The notes under the pieces: model-generated
The model's input: the letters and a program-made list of their open reading frames with translations, nothing else
Database searches by the model: none
What the model was told of the DNA's origin: nothing
Shown here: positions 8,759 to 17,238 of the stretch, piece by piece
Numbering within the stretch: position 1 is the first letter of the stretch
Layout: each line of letters opens with the position of its first letter
Translations under genes and position numbers: made by a program
Origin: Promethearchaeum syntrophicum
GTDB taxonomy: Archaea; Asgardarchaeota; Lokiarchaeia; Sigyniarchaeales; Promethearchaeaceae
DNA length: 32,000 nucleotides
Assembly (NCBI RefSeq): GCF_008000775.2
Contig: NZ_CP042905.2
Coordinates: forward strand, 930,001 to 962,000
Direction of reading: 5' to 3'

Positions 8759-9994
8759 TTAAATTCCATTCGGTGAAGTGCCTATTGGTGAAGAGGAAAT
8801 ACTAAATTCAACATAATAACGACAATCTCCCGCATCCCAATAATTCCAGTAATACCATCCTTGATCAACATAGTTAAGCATATTATTTTCCCACCAATTG
8901 AATACTGGGTATTGGTCATCTGAATCGGGCCAGCTATCATCCTCCCAAGCTTCAACTCTAATTTTTAAAGGATGAGTTTTTGGAATTAATACATTAGCCA
9001 TGTTAACTTTCCAATAGATATATCCTGCACCAGAGCGACTAACTGTTCCATAAAAATTATTAACTTTATATCCTGCACCACCCCATCCATCACCTACATA
9101 CCATTTTAAATATTCTTCACCAGAACCTTTTGGCCAAGGATCGTAATCGGTTTCGTAATAGATGCCTACTAAATTAATTTTGACATAATATGCTTCACTG
9201 GGGTCCCAATCATCTGTAATCACAATTTCAGTATTACTATCGTAGTAGATGTCTGCTGGTGAAACTCCATATGCAGTGGACCAACTCCAAGAGCTGCCAT
9301 CGGGATCTAGATCAATTCCGAATAAATCCTTATAGGCTGCCCATGCTATTTCAGAACAATAATACCCATTAATACCTGATAATGGATTTGAACCACTAAT
9401 CTGCTTACATGTCCACCCCCAATCATATGCGGGTCCAATAGGATATCCGTCAATTCCCCCATTTAGTTTAGATTTCATCCAATCTACTGCTTGTTGCCGT
9501 TGTGCATTTGTTAAATATTTAACTCTTACAGCAACAGCATTATCTGCATGTTCATTTACTGCATGACCCCATACTGAATAACCTAACCCATTTCCCGCTT
9601 CATCACTTTTTGTGGAATGAATTACATAAGGGGTTCCAGTTGCCATCCATTGATGGGCATCTCTATCCCAAATATATTCACCTGCTTGAACAAATCCACA
9701 GAAAATTTCAGTATGAGAAAATTCTCCTGGAATTAAATAGTCAAATATTGTCCCAGGAGTACCTAGTAGAATTATATCCCCAGGAACCAGTCCATTGTAA
9801 GATAATTCATTTACTCCATCATCTGCAAAAGATGATCTTACATCGGTACTTATTGTTTCAAGATTGAAACTTTCCTTAGCATTAGGATCATCCTCTAAAG
9901 AAACACCATTCGAATGAGGAATGTAAATAGAGTTAGCCAAGAAAAATACAACCATAAATGTAGCGATTATTTTTGTTTTTGACATTATTTTCAC
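8759..9994 (-). CDS. Secreted or membrane-anchored permuted papain-like (YiiX/NlpC-P60-type) hydrolase with an aromatic-rich C-terminal domain
   Basis: N-terminal signal/anchor MKIMSKTKIIATFMVVFFLANSI. GDIILLG...FSHTEIF (His-first order) followed later by YYCSEIAWAAY (nucleophile Cys), as in the permuted YaeF/YiiX family. The C-terminal ~170 aa are rich in W, Y, D and G. Confidence 0.6.
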   Translation of the reverse strand: MKIMSKTKIIATFMVVFFLANSIYIPHSNGVSLEDDPNAKESFNLETISTDVRSSFADDGVNELSYNGLVPGDIILLGTPGTIFDYLIPGEFSHTEIFCGFVQAGEYIWDRDAHQWMATGTPYVIHSTKSDEAGNGLGYSVWGHAVNEHADNAVAVRVKYLTNAQRQQAVDWMKSKLNGGIDGYPIGPAYDWGWTCKQISGSNPLSGINGYYCSEIAWAAYKDLFGIDLDPDGSSWSWSTAYGVSPADIYYDSNTEIVITDDWDPSEAYYVKINLVGIYYETDYDPWPKGSGEEYLKWYVGDGWGGAGYKVNNFYGTVSRSGAGYIYWKVNMANVLIPKTHPLKIRVEAWEDDSWPDSDDQYPVFNWWENNMLNYVDQGWYYWNYWDAGDCRYYVEFSISSSPIGTSPNGI

Positions 9995-10151
9995 GTCCTT
10001 TAAATATTAATAAAAAAAAATCACGGATTCAAAAATTATGATCTAAGATTGGATGATTTGGTTTATAAAGATTTATGTTTTATCAAAAACAATAAATCAT
10101 TTCTGGTTTTTCTATATATAGAGGATATGGGTAGAAGATGATGGTGAGTAT

Positions 10152-11156
10152 ATGACAATAATTACAGAATCGGGGAAATTCTCAGAAAATTTGTATTTAA
10201 TTGACACCGAACAATTCTTAAATAAGAGAATTACAACAGTTTTTTGTTATTGGGATGGAAAAAACTGTTATCTTATTGATATTGGCACCAGCGATAATGT
10301 TCAAACTATATTACGCTTTCTTAAAAATAATGAAATTCCCCTTCAAAAGGTAAAAGGCTTGTTCCTTAGCCACTATCATTTTGATCATGGTGGAGGTGCC
10401 ACTAAGTTATGGAAAACCATCCATAGGAAAAATAACAACTCAACATTTAAGATAATTACCACAAGGGAAACAAAAGAAAAACTCCAAAACGCAGAAAGCC
10501 ATGTAATGGGCGCAAAAACAACATTTGGTAATTTTGTGGGCGAAATGAAACCAATACCTGTGGATTTAGAAGAAAATGCGTATGAAATTATATCATTCGA
10601 TAAGGATTATGAATTATCCTCTATAGAAAAAATAACGATTCGATTGCTCTCTACTCCAGGGCATTCCAATGATCATTGTAGTCCAACAATATTTAGAAAT
10701 GGTCTTCCAATATTTTGTTTTGTTGGAGAAGCATCAGGATGTTTATATAATGGATCTGAGCTTTTATCCCAACCAACTTCCATGCCTCCCAATTTTCAGT
10801 TTGAAAAATATATGAACAGCCTCGAGAAATTAATCAACTTAAATCCCGAAAAACTTGGATTGTGCCATTTTGGAGTCATTTCAGGAAAAAATGATGTAAA
10901 AACTTATTTAAATGGGCATAAAAAATACATGATTGATTTTAGAGCTGCCGTTATCGAATTATATACTAAAAATCAAAGCACGCGTTATATTATTGAGAAT
11001 TTGAAAGAGGATTTCTTCAATGATGAAAAATTCATAGATAATTATTACAGGAAATTAAACAATCACTCTAATTTCCTCTCAAATTTACGCCTTGCTTTGA
11101 CTTATGGCATGATGATTTCGCTTGGTTTTCGAAAACCAAAGTATGAACTTAAATAA
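10152..11156 (+). CDS. Metallo-beta-lactamase fold hydrolase
   Basis: HxHxDH motif LSHYHFDHGGG, later TPGHSNDH, and a distal LCHFG His. GGTGAG lies 5 nt upstream of the ATG. Confidence 0.8.
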   Translation: MTIITESGKFSENLYLIDTEQFLNKRITTVFCYWDGKNCYLIDIGTSDNVQTILRFLKNNEIPLQKVKGLFLSHYHFDHGGGATKLWKTIHRKNNNSTFKIITTRETKEKLQNAESHVMGAKTTFGNFVGEMKPIPVDLEENAYEIISFDKDYELSSIEKITIRLLSTPGHSNDHCSPTIFRNGLPIFCFVGEASGCLYNGSELLSQPTSMPPNFQFEKYMNSLEKLINLNPEKLGLCHFGVISGKNDVKTYLNGHKKYMIDFRAAVIELYTKNQSTRYIIENLKEDFFNDEKFIDNYYRKLNNHSNFLSNLRLALTYGMMISLGFRKPKYELK

Positions 11157-11178
11157 AATTAGGTGTGCAAATGTTTTT

Positions 11179-11793
11179 TTATATAATTTTAACATTTTTC
11201 TTATCGTAAGGTGGTATTTTTAAGATCTGTTTAACTAGTTCTTTGAAAATTATATCGACATTGAATCCAGTTTTGCTTGATGTGTCATAAGATGCCTTTA
11301 CTCCTAATTCTTTTTGAAAATCTTCAAGAGTTTTTGGATCAAATTTATATTCTGGATCAATAAGGTCTAATTTAGTGCCTACCATAATTCTCGGAACATC
11401 TCCTGCATTTGATATTAACAATGGATTCCAATCTCTTTTTAAATTTTCCAAAGTAACAAATCGAGTCAGATCATGTACAATCAATGCTGCATTAGCACCA
11501 GTAATAAATTGTGGTAAAAGTGGTGTGAACCGTTCTTGTCCACCAAAATCCCAGATAGATAAACCTATTCTTATTTTTATTCCATCTTCTTCAGCGGGGA
11601 TCGAAAATGAGTTAAAAGAAAGTCCAATTGTTAGTTTTGTGTCAACATCGAATTCATTAAAACAAAATCTATTAGTTAAAGCAGTTTTACCACAACCTCC
11701 ATCCCCTAACAAAACGATTTTGAATTGATATTTAATATCCTCTTCAGAATCTTCAATATTATAAGATGAATCTTGGTTAGCGAGCTGCATCAT
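11179..11793 (-). CDS. Small GTPase of the Ras superfamily (Rab/Ras-like)
   Basis: G1 LLGDGGCGKT, switch I Thr (KLTIGLSF), G3 WDFGGQERF (DxxGQ), G4 GTKLD ([NT]KxD), G5 SSKTG. There is no C-terminal Cys prenylation motif (ends KNVKII). Confidence 0.85.
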   Translation of the reverse strand: MMQLANQDSSYNIEDSEEDIKYQFKIVLLGDGGCGKTALTNRFCFNEFDVDTKLTIGLSFNSFSIPAEEDGIKIRIGLSIWDFGGQERFTPLLPQFITGANAALIVHDLTRFVTLENLKRDWNPLLISNAGDVPRIMVGTKLDLIDPEYKFDPKTLEDFQKELGVKASYDTSSKTGFNVDIIFKELVKQILKIPPYDKKNVKII

Positions 11794-12016
11794 AAATCAG
11801 TTCAACAAGTTTTTTGAATAATAAGATTTGTTCTAATGAATTTTAAATCTATTCAAAAGGCTTCTAATTATTTTTACTAAGTAATCAAACGTTTATGATG
11901 AGTTAAGTTTGCAGTATTAGAAATTTTCCAAGAAATATTAGAAAACTTTCAAAAAAATTATTTCTTTTCTTAAAAAGAATAGAAAAAAAATTAGATTTTG
12001 AATTACAACTTAAGAA

Positions 12017-12742
12017 TTACTTACTCTTAGTTGATTTCTTAGTTGATTTCTTAGTTGTTTTCTTTGCAGCTTTCTTAGGTGTAGGTTTTGCAGCAGTTGA
12101 ACTAAGGATATCAATCGAATGTTGGTGAAACTTTAATAAAAGATCCTTATGTTTCTTTAAAACTTCCTTTAAGACTTTCTTTTCTTTTGTCTTATATTTA
12201 GCATCGACTTTTTCAAGTGCTGCTTCTTTATTTTTCACAAGGTCAAAGGATTCTCCAACCAACCTAGCGCCTTCATTCACCACTTCTTCTTGTGCTGCTA
12301 TTTTTTCTTCTACCCTTTCCTCAGCATTTTCAAGTTTCTCTAATTTAGCTTTGCCTCGTTCCAACGATTTCTTATCTTTTTCGTGGTCCTTAATTGTTTT
12401 TTCAACGTCTTTCTTCATATCTTGAAGTTCTAACCAGTCCTCTACTAATTCCTCCAATGGAACTATACAATCAGTATTTAAACTTTCAACTAATTCTTTT
12501 CTACTTGCCTCAATATTTTCCAAAGTATCTGAAAAAGGACCGGTTTCAAAATGCTCTGCATTTTTCAAATATTCAATGTATTTTTGGTTTTCTAATGAAA
12601 ATCTTTCATTATATTTACCAAAATCTTTAATTTCTTTTATCAGCTTAGTTAATTCTAAACTTGAAGTCGCTAATTTGTCTGATACTTTATTCAGACTACC
12701 TTTCATTTTATCTAAAAACGAAGTTTTCTCGCTCATAAACAA
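12017..12742 (-). CDS. Coiled-coil protein (241 aa) with BAR-domain-like helix pattern and a polybasic KK[ST]T C-terminal tail
   Basis: Three long helical segments. The central stretch CIVPLEELVEDWLELQDMKKDVEKTIKDHEKDKKSLERGKAKLEKLEN resembles the helix2-helix3 junction logic of BAR proteins (V.PL....I..i.k.I.KR.hk..DyD....k..kl). Tail is AAKPTPKKAAKKTTKKSTKKSTKSK. The CDS call is solid; the fold assignment is inference. Confidence 0.7.
   Translation of the reverse strand: MFMSEKTSFLDKMKGSLNKVSDKLATSSLELTKLIKEIKDFGKYNERFSLENQKYIEYLKNAEHFETGPFSDTLENIEASRKELVESLNTDCIVPLEELVEDWLELQDMKKDVEKTIKDHEKDKKSLERGKAKLEKLENAEERVEEKIAAQEEVVNEGARLVGESFDLVKNKEAALEKVDAKYKTKEKKVLKEVLKKHKDLLLKFHQHSIDILSSTAAKPTPKKAAKKTTKKSTKKSTKSK
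12026..12061 (-). repeat. 12-nt tandem repeat x3 inside the CDS, encoding (KKST)n
   Basis: On the plus strand, cttagttgattt appears at 12026-12037 and 12038-12049, and cttagttgtttt at 12050-12061 (one mismatch). Confidence 0.8.
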
Positions 12743-12884
12743 AATCTGCTTTTTTTACTTAAAAAAGTTATCGAATAAAATCTAATAATTATGTGAATAG
12801 AGGAAAAATCTTGAAAATAATATATAAGTTTATATACTTCGTTAAAATTAAATAATAGTTATTTTAGATTGAAGGTCATCAAAA

Positions 12885-13739
12885 ATGGAAACGAATTTAA
12901 TTCTTTTATTTATTACAGCGGCAATTAAAACTGCAGTTTTATTCTTAATAGCTTCATACCTCATTAATAAATGGGCAAAACAAAAATTAAAATATTTTAC
13001 AGATTTTCCCTTTCTAAACGCTTTAGGATTTTACATTTTTAGTTTTGGTAAACTTTTGGATATGTTTTTATATTATCACTTTATTAATACTCCCAATTTA
13101 GCGATTTTGAATGATTCTTCTGCCCTTTTGCTAGGAAGGATACGTTTTATTTTAAGTCCAATTTTGGTAGTTCTCCCATATTTTATTTTAATGCTAGTAA
13201 TTTGGTTAGAAAACAGAAAAAAAATTCAGAAAGTGCTAGGATTTGGATGGATAGTTTTAAGTATTGTTGCTGTACTCTTAGCTAAAGGATACACACAGTT
13301 TTTGTTTTTCAATTTGATTATTGCTTTCCCGGTTATTTTGCTATCAATAATTTCATTCGCAGTCATCCATCATCAGCAAAAATTACCCCAAATTAATTCT
13401 TTATTCATAACTATCGGATGGGGGGCTTATTTAATAACTCAAATTATCAGACCGTTTTGGATATCTCTTGGAAATAGTTCATGGGGATTAACTTGGGTAG
13501 GAGAATTTGTGGAATTAATCTCAATGACTATTATTGGTATAGGATTTATCAGACCTGCATCATATTTCGAGAAAAGTATTAATCAATTTTTAATAAAAAA
13601 AACTTTTGAGAATGATGATTCGATTGAAATTGATGATAGAAATGAAGTGAATGAAAAAAATAATGAGACTGAAGAACATGAGGAAATAATTGAAGTTACT
13701 CCAAAATGGAAATATGACGTAGAGTGCTATATTCCCTAA
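12885..13739 (+). CDS. Integral membrane protein (about seven predicted TM segments) with an acidic C-terminal tail
   Basis: Seven hydrophobic stretches of 17-28 aa by eye, followed by a soluble tail ENDDSIEIDDRNEVNEKNNETEEHEEIIE. No family motif recognised. Confidence 0.7.
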   Translation: METNLILLFITAAIKTAVLFLIASYLINKWAKQKLKYFTDFPFLNALGFYIFSFGKLLDMFLYYHFINTPNLAILNDSSALLLGRIRFILSPILVVLPYFILMLVIWLENRKKIQKVLGFGWIVLSIVAVLLAKGYTQFLFFNLIIAFPVILLSIISFAVIHHQQKLPQINSLFITIGWGAYLITQIIRPFWISLGNSSWGLTWVGEFVELISMTIIGIGFIRPASYFEKSINQFLIKKTFENDDSIEIDDRNEVNEKNNETEEHEEIIEVTPKWKYDVECYIP

Positions 13740-13821
13740 TTTTTTCCTTCCCTATACCTTTTGACCGTATTTTTCAATAAAATTTGTAAATTAAATATAA
13801 GATGAAAAATTTATTAAAATT

Positions 13822-14388
13822 ATGATGAAAGAAGAAAATTTATATTGGAAATCTATAATTCCAGGTCCAGAAATTCCGAAACGGATGTACGCAATTATAG
13901 AATGCCCAAAAGGCACTCAAAATAAATATGAAATGTCAAAAAATACAAACCTATTAAAACTTGACCGAGTGTTACATTCCAGTGTTATTTATCCGCAAGA
14001 TTATGGGTTCATCCCTGGTACTTATGCTGATGATGGAGATCCCTTAGATATTTTAGTATTAATTACTCATCCAACTTATCCCTTAACTTGTTTGGAAGTC
14101 AAACCAATTGGGGTTCTACTTATGGAAGATCAAAGCGGTGTGGACGAGAAGATTTTAGCGGTGTCAGAATTTGACCCTGTTTACCAAAACTATGAAGATA
14201 TTGTGCAACTTCCTCAGCATTTCATAGATGAAATCCAAGAATTCTTTCGCACATATAAGAATTTGGAAGAAAAATCTTATTCTGAAGTGAAGGAATGGAA
14301 AGGTCGGGATTATGCACATATGGTGATCAATAATTGCGTTGAAGCTTTCAAAAAGAAATTCGGGGATATTGCCCAAATCCATCCATAA
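13822..14388 (+). CDS. ppa: Inorganic pyrophosphatase, family I
   Basis: IIECPKGTQNKYE, YPQDYGFIPGTYADDGDPLDILVL and DEKILAV match the family I PPase active-site signature (DxDPxD). Confidence 0.9.
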   Translation: MMKEENLYWKSIIPGPEIPKRMYAIIECPKGTQNKYEMSKNTNLLKLDRVLHSSVIYPQDYGFIPGTYADDGDPLDILVLITHPTYPLTCLEVKPIGVLLMEDQSGVDEKILAVSEFDPVYQNYEDIVQLPQHFIDEIQEFFRTYKNLEEKSYSEVKEWKGRDYAHMVINNCVEAFKKKFGDIAQIHP

Positions 14389-14545
14389 CGTTAACCAAAA
14401 ATTCATTAGCTATCAATCTCTTTTATTATAATCTCTGAAATTTTTCCTTTATTATACAAAAAAATCAGAATTAGAAAAAAAAAATAAAATTCTATTAATA
14501 ATAATCGGAAAAAAATTAAAACTAGAGATCTTATTTAAAATTATT

Positions 14546-14842
14546 ATGTTGATTAAAAGAAATAAGACTTGGATAAAGTGGGCAGATTATTTCGATGCTA
14601 AAGTAAATAAAATCTTAGAAGAAAATCCAGGAAAATGGCTAACCCTGCAAGTCGAGGTAAATCAAGACACATGGGATGAAATAAAAGATGTTCCTGAAGA
14701 TCAAATAGAAAAACTAACGTTAATTGAATACTTAAGAGGCTTTACTTTCAAAATGGCAAGGTTTGCAAAAGAAATAAAGATAAATCCAGATGAAAATTTG
14801 AAGGGTGAATATTTAGAAGTGAATATTTTGAAAACTAGTTAA
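14546..14842 (+). CDS. Hypothetical protein (98 aa)
   Basis: Isolated ORF with balanced, charged composition and no motif recognised. Confidence 0.45.
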   Translation: MLIKRNKTWIKWADYFDAKVNKILEENPGKWLTLQVEVNQDTWDEIKDVPEDQIEKLTLIEYLRGFTFKMARFAKEIKINPDENLKGEYLEVNILKTS

Positions 14843-14893
14843 TCTAATTCTTAAAAAAAAAATGGAGAAAAATAAAATTTTCAGTTACGCAGA

Positions 14894-16114
14894 TTATTGA
14901 TTCAAATATGGTTTTAAAGCCAGTTTTATTCGTTCTAAAGCATCTTTTAGAATAGATAAAGGACAAGCAATATTAATTCTTTGAAATCCTAATCCCCCTT
15001 TTCCAAACATCGGGCCACTATCTAATCCAACTTTAGCTTCTTTCTTCAATATATCGTCCAATTCATTCTGAGGTAATTTTATTTCGCGAAAATCCATCCA
15101 TATCAAATAAGTCCCCTCAGGTTCAAAAACACCTACACCTGGTAATTTATCTTGAATGAAATTTTTAAGAAACACATAATTTTTCCGAATATATATCATC
15201 ACAGCATCCACCCAATCCTCACAATCATTATAGGCCGCTTTTAAAGCAATGGCTCCAAATAATCCGGGCATTGTAAGTGATTGATTTTCCATTTGATTTA
15301 TAAAAATCTGTCTTTTAATCGGATCTGGTATCAGAATATTAGATGTTTGTAATCCTGCAATGTTAAATGTTTTGCTTCCTGCTGTACATGTGACAGAATT
15401 TTGTGCAAAATCTTCTGATATTGAAGCAAAAGGAGTATATTTATATCCAGGGAAAATTAGATCGCAATGTATTTCATCAGAAATAACTAAGATATTATTT
15501 TTAACACAAATATTTCCAATTTTTTCCAATTCTTCACGTTTCCAAACTCGACTAATTGGATTATGGGGATTACATAGAATAAGTATTTTTGCGCGAGGAT
15601 CTTTAATTTTTTCTTTTAAATCTTCAAAATCCATTTCATAATGATTATGAACCAATTTCAAGGGATTTATTAAAGCTCTTCGACCATTATTTTTAATCGA
15701 TTCTTTAAAAGGATAGTAAACAGGTTCTTGGATCAAAATCTTATCACCCGGTTTGCTAAAAGCCAGTAGCAAATTACATATTGCCGATACTGTTCCTGGA
15801 CTATAAATAAACCATTCTCTTTGAATTTTCCAATTATGCCTTCTTTCGAACCAATTTATTACTGCCTCGTAGTAATCTTCTTCTGGTAAAGTATATCCAA
15901 AAATTCCATGATTTACCCGGTCTATCATTGCTTTGGTAATAGGTTCAGGAGCACGAAAATCCATATCTGCCACCCATAGAGGTAAAAGATCTTCATATTT
16001 TAGCCACTTTTTTAAAAAATTTGGTTCCCATTTAATAGTTCCGTAGCATTTTCGGTTAATTAATTCATCAAAATTCCATTTTCTTGTTATTTCTTCCATT
16101 GTTTTCTTATCCAT
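14894..16114 (-). CDS. patB: PLP-dependent C-S lyase / aminotransferase class I-II (PatB/MalY cystathionine beta-lyase type)
   Basis: WVADMDFRAPEPI near the N-terminus is typical of MalY/PatB. Also ILCNPHNPISRVW and the PLP-Lys region TAGSKTFNIAGL. Confidence 0.85.
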   Translation of the reverse strand: MDKKTMEEITRKWNFDELINRKCYGTIKWEPNFLKKWLKYEDLLPLWVADMDFRAPEPITKAMIDRVNHGIFGYTLPEEDYYEAVINWFERRHNWKIQREWFIYSPGTVSAICNLLLAFSKPGDKILIQEPVYYPFKESIKNNGRRALINPLKLVHNHYEMDFEDLKEKIKDPRAKILILCNPHNPISRVWKREELEKIGNICVKNNILVISDEIHCDLIFPGYKYTPFASISEDFAQNSVTCTAGSKTFNIAGLQTSNILIPDPIKRQIFINQMENQSLTMPGLFGAIALKAAYNDCEDWVDAVMIYIRKNYVFLKNFIQDKLPGVGVFEPEGTYLIWMDFREIKLPQNELDDILKKEAKVGLDSGPMFGKGGLGFQRINIACPLSILKDALERIKLALKPYLNQ

Positions 16115-16352
16115 TAGTAATATATTTCTATATAAGTTTTTGTATTTTTTTATTTTTTGTCTGCAAAGTCTTCCATTATTGAGTATATTGTTGGAATTAT
16201 CATATCAATTTCAATTTCTGGTAATAATTTGGTAATAAAAAAGACTCAAATACCAGTTTGACAATCGGACTAAGTATTGTTAAAAAAAATTACGTAAAAA
16301 AGAGAAGTAAATAAAAAATATTATTCATAAGTATAAAACTACTTTTCTAAAT

Positions 16353-17180
16353 TCATTTCTTTTTGTATATTTTATAAGCAGAAATAATTTCAGGAGGGCA
16401 TCTTTTACATTTTGAGAGATGTCTCAATACAGATACTTTGGATTTTTGACAAAATGGACAAATTTCTTTGATATTCTCGCCAGTACCAACTTTTTTTATT
16501 TTATCGATGACTTCCGCTTCAAAATCAATAGAAGATACTTCTTCGCTTTCTTCTGATTTGTCTTCTTTTTCATCAAAATCCTCTATTTCTTCTTCAAACT
16601 CTTCATCTTCTTCGTCTTCTTCATCTGATTCTTTCAAAGGTCCATGTTTTTTACCAAGTCCTTCCTCACTTTCGTCTTCATAATCAATAACTTCTTTCTC
16701 TTCTTTTTCGTGCCCGATGATTAATTCTTCTTCATCTTCTTCAGTTACTTTCTCAATTTCGAAATCATCATCATCATCATCGTCATCTTCAACTTTTTTC
16801 TTTGATTTCTTCTTAGATTTTTTCTTTTTGACAATAATTTCCTCTTCATCTTCTAATTCATCTTCTTCTTCTTCTTCTAAATCCATTACGAAATCATCAT
16901 CAGAATATTCTAGATCATTTTCATCAAATTGAAAATCTTTCGCTTCCGTTGCAACATACATTTCTTTATGAGTTAATTGAGAAGAATTTTCAACATAGAG
17001 TGAACATATTTGGCATATTACATTATATGGACTTAAATTAAATTTTCTTGCAGTACAATAACAGAGAGGTTTTCTAGCGTTTGAAATTTCGTCGATATTC
17101 TTTAAATGTTTACAAGCAATCGTTCTTATTGTTTTTTTTGCTTTTGTGGTTTTTTTCTTTTTTGCCATATCTTTAGCCAA
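16353..17180 (-). CDS. Extremely acidic protein with Cys clusters (zinc-ribbon-like) at both ends and a KKKKTTKAKK N-terminus
   Basis: N-terminal CKH...CYC...CQIC. C-terminal CPFCQ...CKRCP (CxxC-x15-CxxC). The central ~130 aa are mostly D/E, including a D8 run. Confidence 0.65.
   Translation of the reverse strand: MAKDMAKKKKTTKAKKTIRTIACKHLKNIDEISNARKPLCYCTARKFNLSPYNVICQICSLYVENSSQLTHKEMYVATEAKDFQFDENDLEYSDDDFVMDLEEEEEDELEDEEEIIVKKKKSKKKSKKKVEDDDDDDDDFEIEKVTEEDEEELIIGHEKEEKEVIDYEDESEEGLGKKHGPLKESDEEDEEDEEFEEEIEDFDEKEDKSEESEEVSSIDFEAEVIDKIKKVGTGENIKEICPFCQKSKVSVLRHLSKCKRCPPEIISAYKIYKKK
16764..16787 (-). repeat. Trinucleotide repeat (ATC)6-GTC-ATC on the plus strand, encoding poly-Asp (D8)
   Basis: Direct reading of 16764-16787; this is the DDDDDDDD run in the acidic protein. 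Confidence 0.85.
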
Positions 17181-17238
17181 TCTCTTTTTTCAGTATTAAT
17201 GTTATTTTTAATATTTCATTAAAAAAAAAATTTTTGGT

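Noticed and set aside
8733-8760. Inverted repeat AATTGAT-N10-ATCAATT at the stop of the secreted hydrolase gene, considered as a terminator
   Set aside because: It is an all-weak 7-bp A/T-rich stem without a following T-run on the transcribed strand, so it is likely chance in this composition.
16468-16932. Two plus-strand poly-Ser ORFs (16468..16683, 16717..16932)
   Set aside because: They are antisense shadows of the D/E-rich (GAA/GAT) repeats of the acidic protein gene on the minus strand.
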